From contig NW_003314308.1 in assembly GCF_000143415.4 (NCBI RefSeq), positions 1,034,654-1,098,653 on the forward strand: 64,000 nt of DNA. Reading direction: 5' to 3'. The notes beneath the pieces were generated by a model that did no database searches, was not told the DNA's origin, and saw only the letters and a program-made list of their open reading frames with translations. A program made the position numbers and the translations under genes. Positions 25,968 through 36,875 of this stretch are shown one piece after another. The DNA comes from Selaginella moellendorffii (lineage: Eukaryota > Plantae > Lycopodiophyta). Every line of letters begins with the position of its first letter. Position 1 is the stretch's first letter.

Positions 25968-28900
25968 TTAGCTCCTGTGGAGCTTGGCGATCAAAGCATA
26001 AGCAAAAGCATCGTCCTGGCCTTTAGCCACGAGCCTCTCAAACACCACATCTCCCACTTCCACATTCTTCCATCTCTCACAACCAGCAAGAAGGATCCTC
26101 CAAGTGATTGCATCGCCATCCTCACTCAAAGCCAACGAGCTCGCAAGCTCCACAGCAGCCTCCATCGCCTCGGAGTCGGCCCTCGCCAACATATCAATCA
26201 CGCAGTGGACGTGCTCCACGCCCCAGCAGCTCATGGAATCGAAGAACCTCTTGCCTTGCTCCACACGGCCACAGTGATTGTAGGCCGTCAAGAGGCACAG
26301 GCAAGTGATTCCATCGGCTGGGAATCCCTCCTCCCGCATCTTTCCAAAGCTTTCAAGCACCTGTCCGATCTCTCCCACCCGGCTGTAAGCTCCCAGCAGC
26401 GAGTTCCAAGCCGCAGTGCTCCTGGCCGCCATGGAATCAAAGACGTGCTGGCTGCTGGAGGAGCTCCCGCATTTACCATACATGTCCACCAGCGAGCTCG
26501 TCACGGCACCATCGCTCTCCAGCCCGGCTCTACACGCCTGGGAGTGAGCTCTCCTTCCAAGCTCCACGTCCACCAGGCTCCCACACGACTTGAGCGCTGC
26601 TGTGAGGCTTGCGGCGTCCACTGCGAATCCACCGCGAGCAAACAGCTCCAGAGCCAGCGCCTCGTCGCCATTCTCGGAGCACCCCAGTATCAGCGACGTC
26701 CACGACACGACGCTGTGGCGAGCCATCCTGTCGAAAGCTTGCCGAGAATCCACCAGGCTTCCACACTTTGCGTACATGTCCACCAGACTGTTGCCGAGTG
26801 AAAGCTCCCGGTCCCACGAAACCCCGTCGGCGATCATACGAGCGTGAACCGCCATGCCACCTTCCAGAGCCTCGGCCTTGATCACTCTCCTTCCATTCAC
26901 CACTCTCGGCTCTCCCTTGATCGCTAGCCTCGTGGAAGCCTTCAAAGCCGCTAGATACGTGAGACAGTCGAGGCTGGCTTGCGCTGGGAGTTGCTTGAAC
27001 AGCTCCAAGGCCGAGTCTGGCTTGTCGTTTTCCGTGTAGCCGAGCATCAGCGCGTTGCAAAGTCCAGCGTCGAAGCAAGGCACCCTGTCAAAGATCTGCT
27101 GAGCGTCCTCCGTGCTGCCACACTTGGAGTAAAACTCCACCAGCGTGCCCGCCAAGTAGATATCACCGAGCTTCTTCCCTGTCTGCCGGTGTAAGGCTCT
27201 GCCTTTTTCTAGCGAGCTCGTCTTCAACCCCTCTGGATTCTTCTCTTCGTTCGCAGCAAGGCGAGACCAGGCCTTGAGCGCAGCAACGTAGCTCTGAGCA
27301 TCGGGTGTGAAGCCACCTTGCGTTTGCATGCGAGCAAACACGTCCAGAGTCAGGTCCGCCTCTCGGTTGGCGACACACCCGAGCATGAGCTTGTTCCAGG
27401 ACTGTAGATTGCGAGCAGGAATCACTTCAAACACCCTGTGTGCGCTGGCCAAGCTCCCGCACTTCGAGTACATATCGATCAGGCCGTTTGCCACCAAAGT
27501 ATCCTGGTCGCATCCACTGGCTTTCGCCAGGGAATGGATGGCAACTCCCATATCCAAAGCCCCGACTTTCACGACCGCTCCATCTGATTCAACTGCCTCC
27601 TCCTTTGCTGCTAGAGCACAGCATGCGTTGAGCGCCTGTATAAAAGCTGGAGAGTTTCTCCTGCCTCGTTCTTCTCCTCCTTGCTGCATCCGGAAAAACA
27701 TTGCCAGCGCCGCTTCTGCCTCCCCGTTTTCAACGTGAGCAGATAACAGTCCAGTCCACGAGACGATATCCGGGGACTGCATCCTCTCAAAAACCTTGCG
27801 AGAATCCACCGGGCTCCCACACTTGCCATACATGGTAATGAGGACGCTGGCCACGAAAACATCGGTGTCACATCCACTTCTCGCGGCCCTGGAGTGAACA
27901 GCCATTCCCTTGTCGAGTGCACGTAGCTTGACAAGCTTCCCAGAGACGTCCACGCCTTGCTCCTTCACTGCCAAGCCTGTGCAAGCCTTTGCTGCCGCAG
28001 CATAAGTCTGTGCGTCCGGCTCGATTTCCATGCGAGAGAGAAGCTCCAGCGCTCGTCCTTCCTGTCCACTTTCGGTATAGGCCATCAGCAACGCTGTCCA
28101 AGACACGATATCACGGGCTGGCATGCTGTCGAAGACCCCCTGGGCGTCTTCCACACTCCCACACTTCGCGTACATATCAACCAGAGCGTTCAAGGCGAAG
28201 TCGTCAAGCTCGCAAGCCCGTGTTACCGCTTCCAAGTGAAGAGCCCTGCCTTTCTCCAGAGTCAACCACCTTCCACTAAGAGAGTCTCCATTCTTCACTG
28301 CCAGACTACCGCAAGCCTTGAACACTGCTCCGAAAGTCCGTGCCTCTGGCTTGCAACTTCCAGTCTCGATCATCCACTGGAACAAGTCTAGAGCTTGATC
28401 TTGGTCGCCAACTTCCACGTATCCCAGCAGCAGTGAGTTCCAGGACACGATGCTGTGGCAAGGCATCCTCTCGAAAACCCGTCGTGCATCGGGCATGCTC
28501 CCACACCTCGCATAGGAATCCACCAGAGTGTTGAAGACGATGACGTTGAGAGAGCAGTAGGCACCTAGAAGAGCCTTGGAGTGGACGCTCTTCACATTTT
28601 CTAGAGCTCTCGCCTTGACGAACTTGCCATTTCCATGGATGCTTGGAGTGGACTCTTCCCTGGCGGCGATGCTGGAGCATGCCTTGAGCGCAGCTACAAA
28701 GGACCGGCCATCGAAAGCGCGGCCCTGGCCATGGAGCCGCGAGAAGAAATCGTCGAGAACCAGCTCACCTTGCCCATTCTCGGCATAGCCGAGCATCAAG
28801 GAATTCCAGGACGCGGTGTCGTGGCAGGGCAGCCTGTCGAAGACGGATCGAGCGTCGGCCGTGCTCCCACACCTCGCGTACATCGTGATGAGGCTGCTCG

Positions 28901-29216
28901 CCACGAAAATGTCGAGCGCCTGGCCGCTCTCGACGGCCGCAGCGTGGATCTTCTTCCCGGCACTCAAATCTCTCGCGGCGCCGCATTCTTTCAGCGCGGC
29001 AAGGAATCTTTGTCGCGACAGCGCTGGATGAAGAACCCTAAAATCTGGCAAGATTTGTCGATGAGGTTCTAGGGCTCCTCGATGGCTCTCGTCGCTCGAA
29101 GAGCCTTGCGATTGCGCAGCTATTCCAGATCCTTGTCTCGTCTCGCAGCGCCCGCGTTGGAGCAGCATTGCGAGCAATCTCGCAGAGCGACGATTGCCGG
29201 GAATTCCTGGCGGCAT
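25968..29216 (-). CDS. PLS-class PPR protein with truncated E domain (no DYW); start codon uncertain
   Basis: Repeated MYAKCGS..A..VF..M...VSW motifs in P-L-S triplets; C-terminal HVHCVIDMLARA..W..LL.GC. Confidence 0.9.
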   Translation of the reverse strand: MPPGIPGNRRSARLLAMLLQRGRCETRQGSGIAAQSQGSSSDESHRGALEPHRQILPDFRVLHPALSRQRFLAALKECGAARDLSAGKKIHAAAVESGQALDIFVASSLITMYARCGSTADARSVFDRLPCHDTASWNSLMLGYAENGQGELVLDDFFSRLHGQGRAFDGRSFVAALKACSSIAAREESTPSIHGNGKFVKARALENVKSVHSKALLGAYCSLNVIVFNTLVDSYARCGSMPDARRVFERMPCHSIVSWNSLLLGYVEVGDQDQALDLFQWMIETGSCKPEARTFGAVFKACGSLAVKNGDSLSGRWLTLEKGRALHLEAVTRACELDDFALNALVDMYAKCGSVEDAQGVFDSMPARDIVSWTALLMAYTESGQEGRALELLSRMEIEPDAQTYAAAAKACTGLAVKEQGVDVSGKLVKLRALDKGMAVHSRAARSGCDTDVFVASVLITMYGKCGSPVDSRKVFERMQSPDIVSWTGLLSAHVENGEAEAALAMFFRMQQGGEERGRRNSPAFIQALNACCALAAKEEAVESDGAVVKVGALDMGVAIHSLAKASGCDQDTLVANGLIDMYSKCGSLASAHRVFEVIPARNLQSWNKLMLGCVANREADLTLDVFARMQTQGGFTPDAQSYVAALKAWSRLAANEEKNPEGLKTSSLEKGRALHRQTGKKLGDIYLAGTLVEFYSKCGSTEDAQQIFDRVPCFDAGLCNALMLGYTENDKPDSALELFKQLPAQASLDCLTYLAALKASTRLAIKGEPRVVNGRRVIKAEALEGGMAVHARMIADGVSWDRELSLGNSLVDMYAKCGSLVDSRQAFDRMARHSVVSWTSLILGCSENGDEALALELFARGGFAVDAASLTAALKSCGSLVDVELGRRAHSQACRAGLESDGAVTSSLVDMYGKCGSSSSSQHVFDSMAARSTAAWNSLLGAYSRVGEIGQVLESFGKMREEGFPADGITCLCLLTAYNHCGRVEQGKRFFDSMSCWGVEHVHCVIDMLARADSEAMEAAVELASSLALSEDGDAITWRILLAGCERWKNVEVGDVVFERLVAKGQDDAFAYALIAKLHRS

Positions 29217-30771
29217 TCCGAGAGGAGAGCTCTTCTTCTTCTTCCCCCTTTCCCTTCCAGAGGATTCAGGCGTGTGAGATTTCGGCTCGTGAAGGCCGAC
29301 AAGGACGATCCGGAAGAGGAGGAACCGGATGGGATTGCGGAGGAGGATGATTTCGCGGATACCATCGATCTCACGCTCGTCCAGAAGCGCCAGGCCGAGA
29401 GGCTTTGGAACGAGCTTCTGCCACTCACGATTCCCAGCGTTGGACCCGTGGTGAAGCTCACGATTGGAGAGGACCGGAAGATCGGGCTTCCAGGAATCTT
29501 ATACGTCGTTGGAAAGCTTCGAACGTTCCGACGTTCTAAGCAAGCACTCTCGGTAAGTTCGCTTCTATCTTTCCTTCCATCTTTTCTTCTAATGCGATCG
29601 ATGGTTTCTTTCTTCGATCGATCGGCAGATTCTCGACTGGCTCGCGGAAGAAAAACCATTCGGGGAATTCGACGAGAGTCTCTACAAGCTGCACATATCG
29701 ATCGCGTTCGAGGTGAACTCAGTCCACAAAGCCGAGAAGATTTTCGAGAGCGTACCGAAAGAGCTCCAGCTCCAGGAGAAGTTGCTTGGTGCCATGGCCG
29801 CTGGCTATGCCTCCGCGCACAGGATGGACAAGGTGGAAGAGATCTTGCTCCAGTGCAATCTCTCCGCCATGGAACCTTACACTGCACTGATCAAACTCTA
29901 CTTTAGAGTCGCTCTCTACGACAAAGCAGCGAGTCTCTACAAACGGATCAAAGCGGCAAAGCTCGAGCCAGACCTGGCAGCCTTCGCGGCACTGCTGCGA
30001 GAGAAGTCCAGCTTGGAGAGCTTGAAGCCGAGAGAGCTGGAAGAGGACGCCGAGGTGGCTCTCCACCATGCAGGAGCTTACGAGGAGGAATTGACGATCA
30101 AAGCCCCGGTTGCAAGCCAAGCGATGGTGGTCTCTGGCTACCTTGGAAAAGCGGCACAAGTTAGCAAGTTGTGGAAACATATCAAGCAAGAGAAGAGCTC
30201 GTCCATACCAGCGGTGTGCTACTTGAACGCGATCGAAGCGTTTGGAGCAGCAGGCAAGGTCCGATCGGCTGAGAAGGTGGCCGACGAGATGGAGATGGCG
30301 AAGTCCAAGTACGTAGAGCTCTCGGCAGCTATGATCCGCGTCTACTCGAGGAACCAAATGGCGGACAAGGCCGAGGCCGTCATCGATGACTTGCGTGCCA
30401 ACGGCGTGTGGAACTTGTTCCGGCCTCACGCCGAGCTCATCACCGGTTACCTCGACAGCAACCAGCCCGACCAAGCGATGAAAGCTCTCAAGGTGGCACT
30501 TCTCGTCAAGCTGATGAAGCCAACGTACGCCGTGATCCTGAAAATGCTGCCCGTCTTTGAGAGGCTTCGCGATGCCGAGGGTGCCGAGGACATGGTGATG
30601 AGGTACAAAGGCGCCACGGACCTCCGGATGTACAAGGGATTGCTCAGGATCTACGTGAGTGCCAAGGTGAAGCCCCTGGAAGAGATAGAAGCCCGGCTCA
30701 TGCTGAAGAAGATCCCTCTCGACGAGGAGACTCGCGAGCTGCTGACGAAGCTGAGAGGAGTCATCGGTTGA
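29082..30771 (+). CDS. P-class PPR protein (intron 29553-29628)
   Basis: Arg/Ser-rich transit peptide, acidic tract, QALS|ILDW splice, then degenerate P repeats. Confidence 0.85.
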
Positions 30772-30773
30772 GA

Positions 30774-32050
30774 TTCACTGCGCAGCAGCCTCGGCTCGGA
30801 ACGAGCGAAAACATCAGACAACGAGCAAGCCCGACTGCTTCCGGTAGCTCTCTTAAGCCTGGTGAGCCGCTCGCTCTCCACTAGCTGACTCTGGACTCTC
30901 CCAGGTGGCTTCACACCCGATGCTTAAAGCTACGTCGCTGCGCTCAAGGCCTGGTCTCGCCTAGCTGCGAATGAACAGAAGCATCGGGTGTGAAGGCGAG
31001 CTCACTAGAGAACGGCAGAGCTTTACACGGGCAGGCAGGGAAGAAACTCGGTGATATCTACTTGGCGGGCACGCTGGTGAATTTTTACTCCAAGTGTGGC
31101 AGGGTGCCTTGCTTCGACGCTGGACTTTGCAACACGCTGCTACTCGGCTACACAGAGAACGACAAGCCAGACTCGGCCTTGGAACTGTTCAAGCAACCCC
31201 CAGCGCAAGCCAGCCTCGACTGCCTCACTTATCTAGCTGCTGTGACGGCTTCCAGGAGGATAGCGGAGCCGAGAGTGGTGAATGGAAGAAGACCACTCAA
31301 GGCCCGACGCTCGCCGACGGGGTTTCATGGGACCGGGACGTGTGGAAGCCCGGTGGATTCTCGGCAAGCTTTCGGCAGGATGGCTCGGCACAGCGTCATG
31401 TCGTGGACGTCGCTGATGCTGCGATGCTCCGAGAATGGCGACGCGGAGCTGGCTCTGGAGCTGTTTTCTCGCGGTGGATTCACAGTGGACGCTGCAAGCC
31501 TCACCGCGGCTTAGATGCGCATTAGATACAGCTTCTACGTGGTTTATAAGGTTACCGTTTTCGACGTCTCTAGAGTTTCGACGTGAAACTGGCACGTCCC
31601 ACAGAGGCATGACAAATTTGACCAGCAAAGCGCTCGTTGAGTGCCATCTTCGGATTTGCGGACTTCACCAAATGGTGATAGCTGAGACTATCACGGTCAC
31701 GCTGATTACGTAGCGGCTTACAACAGTTTACTCGAGGCGCCTCAGGTCCTCTTCCAGTCCTCTCACCATTTGTGTTGCTGATTTGTTTGTAGAGGCTTGC
31801 AGAGTTTGATATCGCAAGCAACCAGCACGATATCAAACTAGAGCGATGAAAGCTCTCAAGGTGGCACAAGCCAACTTATGCAACGATCCTGAAAATGCTG
31901 CTCGTCTTGGAGAGGCTTCGCGAATGGGGATGGCGTCACGGACCTCCCAATGTACAAGGGACTGCTCAGGATCAACGTGAGCAGCAGGTTCTCGACGAGG
32001 AGACTCGCGAGCTGCTGACGAAGCTGAGGGGAGTCAGGTGGTCGAGTCGA
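30774..32050. pseudogene. Chimeric patchwork of fragments copied from four neighbouring PPR genes
   Basis: 30774-30880 resembles 32051-32150; 30880-31515 is an inverted, deleted copy of ~27340-26590; 31640-31740 has pieces of 34070-34127 and (inverted) 33889-33918; 31842-32040 resembles 30475-30768. Confidence 0.8.
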
Positions 32051-32051
32051 T

Positions 32052-33695
32052 TCACCGCGCAGCAGCTTCGGAACGAGCGAAAACGTCAGACAGGAGCACG
32101 AGCAAGCCCGACTGCTTCCGGTATCTCTCGTAAGCCTGGTGAGCTGCTCGAGTTCCACGCTCGGCATCGGCCTGGTTCCTGCAAGCTCCTAGCAAGGCCA
32201 GCCATCCAAGCGGCTCTCGTTCGGCTGGAATGCTGTGAACCAAGTCCTCTGCTTCGAAAACTCGGCCGGCCCGTCCCAGCAAATCCACCATGCAGACGTA
32301 GTGCTCCGCTGCCGGTTCTATGCCGTAGTCCGGGAGCATCGAAGTGAAAGAGGTCCAACCTTGGTCGAGGAGGCCTCCATAGCTACAGGCAACGAGTATG
32401 CAGCCGAAAGTCACCGAGTTTGGCAGCACACCGTCCAAGTCCATCTTCCGGGACAGCTCCAGAGCTTCCATGGAGTGCCCCTGCTGTGCGTACGCTGCTA
32501 CCAGCGTCGTCCACGTTATCACGCTCTTGAACTTCATCTCCTCGAACACGCTCCTGGCTTCCTCGAGTCGTCCACACTTGCCGTAGAGGTTCAAGAGCGT
32601 GTTTTGGACGACGAAGTCGGGCTTCCTGATACGAGAGTGAATCGCCCTGCCCTGCGCGAGCATCCCTTCGTTGGAGCACGCCGTGATGACAGTGGCGAAG
32701 GTGACGTTGTTTGGCACCACGCCTTCCAAGTCCATCTTCCGGAACAGAAGCACGGCTTGTCTCCCTTCGTCGTGCTGTGTATACGCCGAGATCATGGCTG
32801 TCCATGAGATCACGTTTCTTCTTTGCATCCGTTCGAAAACTTCCTTGGCCTCGACCAACCTGTGGCATCTGGTATACATGTCGATCAGCGCATTCTGGAT
32901 AGCATTGTTGTTGGAGTGAGTACCTGACGAGACGATCGCCTTGTGAATCTCTCTCCCTTCTTCGTAGCTGGAACAGGCACTGAGAACGCTCGAGAAGGTG
33001 TACTCGTCCGGCTTCACCCCTTCCGGCTCCATTCTGTGATATAGTTCCAGAGCCAAGCGCCTCTCACCACGCTGAGCGTACGCAGATACCATAGAGTTCC
33101 ACGACACCACGTCCTTCCGCGGCATAGCATCAAACGCAGCTCGAGCATCGTTCAAGCTCCCACACTTGGCATACATGTTGACGACAGCGTTGTGGAGGCA
33201 AACGTCGTCTCCAAGCTCCGCGGCCGCTGCTAAGATCTGTGAGTGGATCACTCGGCCATCGGAGAGAGCTTTGAGCTCCGAGCACGCGCCCAAGATCACC
33301 AAGTACGTGTATCTGCTCGGCTTCACGTCCATCGCTCTGAAAGCACCAAGTGCCTGCCTGGAATGCCCGTTCTGGGCATACGCCGCTATCAGGACAGTCC
33401 ACGAGAAGGCATTTTTTCTGACCAGGCCATCAAACACGAGCCTTGCCTTGTCGATGCCCCCGTGCTTGCCATACGCCTGGACCAGGACGTCCCCAAGAAC
33501 CACACTCTGTCCATAGCCATCTCTCACGATCTCGGCGTGCCTGTCGCATACCTCTTTGAGGCTTCCGGACCTTCTCAGCGATGAAGCATAGCTTTCCTCC
33601 TGGATTTTTCTCTCCACCACCGTAGCCACGTCGTGATGGCGATGCCGGACCAGAGATCTCCCGAGAGCAAAGCTCCGGTTCTTCACGAAGAACAT
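32052..33695 (-). CDS. PLS-E class PPR protein
   Basis: PLS triplets ending in HYVCMVDLLGRAGR..W.ALLGACR. First in-frame ATG is at 33695. Confidence 0.9.
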   Translation of the reverse strand: MFFVKNRSFALGRSLVRHRHHDVATVVERKIQEESYASSLRRSGSLKEVCDRHAEIVRDGYGQSVVLGDVLVQAYGKHGGIDKARLVFDGLVRKNAFSWTVLIAAYAQNGHSRQALGAFRAMDVKPSRYTYLVILGACSELKALSDGRVIHSQILAAAAELGDDVCLHNAVVNMYAKCGSLNDARAAFDAMPRKDVVSWNSMVSAYAQRGERRLALELYHRMEPEGVKPDEYTFSSVLSACSSYEEGREIHKAIVSSGTHSNNNAIQNALIDMYTRCHRLVEAKEVFERMQRRNVISWTAMISAYTQHDEGRQAVLLFRKMDLEGVVPNNVTFATVITACSNEGMLAQGRAIHSRIRKPDFVVQNTLLNLYGKCGRLEEARSVFEEMKFKSVITWTTLVAAYAQQGHSMEALELSRKMDLDGVLPNSVTFGCILVACSYGGLLDQGWTSFTSMLPDYGIEPAAEHYVCMVDLLGRAGRVFEAEDLVHSIPAEREPLGWLALLGACRNQADAERGTRAAHQAYERYRKQSGLLVLLSDVFARSEAAAR

Positions 33696-33728
33696 CACCA
33701 CAGCCGATCCATCGCGACGAACTTTCTG

Positions 33729-35553
33729 CTAAGCTGGTCGATTGGAAGGAATGAGCTGGTTGTCCGCGCATAGCTTGGGAATCGGCCTCATCTTGTTGAG
33801 AAGCTCGAACGTTCTCGCATTCGGTGCCACTTTGTCTGTTGCCATGCGCTGCAAGAACCGGTACGCATGCTTGCCGGCGTTCACGTATGCCTCGAGCAAA
33901 CTGTTGTAAGCCGCTACGTTCTTGTTGTATGATTCCCTCCTCATGTCCTGGAAGAGAAGCTCCGCGCTGCTCACGTCGGCGTTTTTCGCGTGTTCTTTCA
34001 GGATGAGCATCACGGTGTCGAAGCACGGCGGGACGCGCTCCTCGAACATCCTGTTGAGTGTCTCGGCTGCCATCTTCGGATTTCCAGACTTCATGTATCC
34101 CGCAACCAAATGGTGATAGCTGAGATTGTTGATATGCCCGTTTCCATGCCGGATTCTCTCGAGCAGCTTCTCGGCCTTTCCCATCTCACCACCTTCGCAG
34201 TACGCACGAAACAATGGGACGTAGTGCGCCGGTCTCAACAGAGTTCTCTTCTCGGTCAGCTCCGCAAACACCTTCTCGGCCCTGTCGATCCGTCCCACTT
34301 TCTCGTAAGCTGCTATAGTAGCAACATAGCTGTTTGCCGAGACCACTGGAAACCTTCGCGTGAATCTCCATATCCTGTCGATCATATCGGCTCTTCCCAT
34401 TGCAGCGTAGAGTGCTATCACCTTATCGTGAACTCTCCGGCTCTCTTGAAACTCCTCGCTGGCCACCGCCTCTTTCAAGTATGCCATAGCTTTCTCGTGA
34501 TCACCAGCGTTCACGTATCCCGACGCGAGCGTGCAAAGTATCTCGCAGTTTGGAGTTCCATCTCCATCGCACTTCATTTTGCTGAAGAGTCTTTCCATGC
34601 CTTCGGTGTCGCCCTTCTTGGCCTTTATCCCGATGAGGATGTTGTAAGTCTCGACGTTTGGAGAGATGCGCATGTCTCTCATCTCCCTGAGAATCACTGG
34701 AATGCCGTCCTCTTTCTTCTTGTTGGCATAGAGATGGAAGAGCTTGTTAAACGCCGTGGCGGTGGTGAGGAGGTTCTTCTCCTTCATCAGCTTGAGCACC
34801 AGCCTTGCCTTTGAAAGGAGCGAGTGAATCACGTAGTTCTCGAACATGGTGATGAGAGCAGCCTCAGATTTGGCATAGACGCGCGGCATTTTGGTAAGGA
34901 GGAAGTTCTTCGCAGCGTTCATGTTGACGACCCGTCCGGTAAGGTCCAAATGGTTGATGAAATGGAACTTTTGAAGCTCCAAACTTCTCTCTTTGATCAC
35001 CCAGTCCGAGATCTGGAAGAACTCTATGTTAGAACTCTACTCGATCTTTCAAAGACAAAGAAGAGCTCTCTATCTACTCAAACTTCCCAAGAACAAAGCA
35101 GAGCTCTCTAAGATATAGAATGAAACATACCTCGTAAGCTTGCTTGAATCTTCCAAGCCATTTTAGACGCTTCATAGCAGCAATGATCTCCCCGTGGCTC
35201 TCCCGGCCTTCCGCGATCCACTGATGCAAAATGTGTAGCACAGGTCCTCCTTTATCATCTTCGAGCCTTGCGACGAGAGAATTCGGGTCCACATTGTCCT
35301 CGTCGTCGCTCGGGGTGACTCTACTGGCATCGTAACGCAAATCATTCTCCTCAGTGCCCCAGTAGCGATCATGCTCGTCGCTCTTCCTGTTCCTCACAAT
35401 ATCCTGTTTGGGCCTTCCTCTCAAATCCCTCGAGAAACTCAAGCTCCTCGCAAAATCCAGCACCTGCGCGATTCTCCTTCCAGGAGCCACGGAATAGCCT
35501 AGAAGATCCTTTCCTTGCAGCGCATTCCTGGAGACGATCATCCATGCTCGCAT
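33729..35553 (-). CDS. P-class PPR protein (intron 35130-35013)
   Basis: Presequence-like N-terminus, QAYE|ISDW splice, P repeats (SPNVETYNILI etc.). Confidence 0.88.
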
Positions 35554-35763
35554 TGCGCGGAGAATTCAGCGCCAGGAATCCATTTCCTTGCTTGCTCACA
35601 AACCCTAATAAAAACCTAGCCAACGGTCAGATATGGGGCTTACGAAATCAACGGCTGGGATCGAAGATGGGAAGGGGCCAAAAGTTTTGCCCAAAACCCT
35701 TCGAAATATTTTGGGGCGGGACGGATGGGAAGAGGAGCTGGGAATCGCAATCTCAAATCGGCG

Positions 35764-36782
35764 ATGCCCGGGGCGCTCGATCTCCCGGAGTCGATCATCG
35801 CGTCGATCCTCTCTCACACTTCTCCAGGTGATGTAGCAAGGCTAGCGCTCGTGAATCGAGCTTTCAGGGATGCCGGGCGCACGGACATCGTGTGGGAGCG
35901 AATGCTGCCGGTCGGCTACCACAGATTTCTCAAGCTCGCCATTTCTTCCATCGGCGGCGGTGGCAGTTCTTCCAAGCGGGAGCTGTACGAGCAGCTGTGT
36001 GGACACATTCTCATCGGAGACGGATCAGAGGTTCTTTCTCTTGGGAAAAATATTTGATCTAAGCAAGAATCCTAGTAAGAAGCGCTTTCTTTAGGTGATC
36101 CTCTCTGGCTCATAAATTTTTTTCTCGCTTTCTCCAGGGCTTATGGATCGATCGAGCTACTGCGGCTGTTTGCCACAGCTTTTCTTCGAGATCTTTGGCT
36201 GTGACTTGGGGAAGCACCGCGGAATACTGGGAATGGTCCTCAAAGCATGGCGCCAGGTACTTAAGTTCCATTCACGAAGAGTTTCTCTTCTCATGGATTT
36301 TTCTTGCTTCGCTACCACAAAGATTTGGCGAGGTGGCGCACCTCAAGATGGTTTGCTGGCTAGAGCTCTCTGGGAACTGGAAGTTGAGCCTAGCTCCAGG
36401 AACTTACACCGTCTCTTGGAGACTCCAGCTCGATTCCGACGCCTTTGGGTGGGATAAGGAACCAGTGAGATTCAGCTTGGCAACTCTAGACGGAAGGGTG
36501 ACGAACTCTTCGTGCTACCTGGTGGACTCCGAGGGGCTGGATCGAAGCAGCAGTGACGAGTCGGAAGAAGACGACGAGCCTGTCAGCATGGTTGCTCGAG
36601 CTCGGACGGTGGCGGACAATTGGGTGGAGTATGATGTGGGACAGATTGTCGTGGAGGACGAGGATGAATTGGGTGAAGTGGAGCTTTTCTTCTCGCTACA
36701 GGAGATCGTCAGTGGCACTTGGAAAGGTGGACTTTTTATTGACGGGGTCATTGTCCAGCCCAGTCACCTCATTGTGGAGTAG
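35764..36782 (+). CDS. F-box protein with phloem protein 2 (PP2/Nictaba-like) domain; introns ~36031-36138 and ~36258-36321
   Basis: LDLPESIIASILSHTSPGDVARLALV (F-box); VTWG...YWEW, FGEVAHL.MVCWLE and WKGGLFIDGV (PP2). Confidence 0.9.
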
Positions 36783-36875
36783 GGTTCTTGAGGGCGCTTC
36801 CATTCCAGGTTTGGGAACTTCTGTTCGTGGGTCTTTGGTCTTGAATTGTTCTGTGTCTTTCAAGGATCCAGCGCC

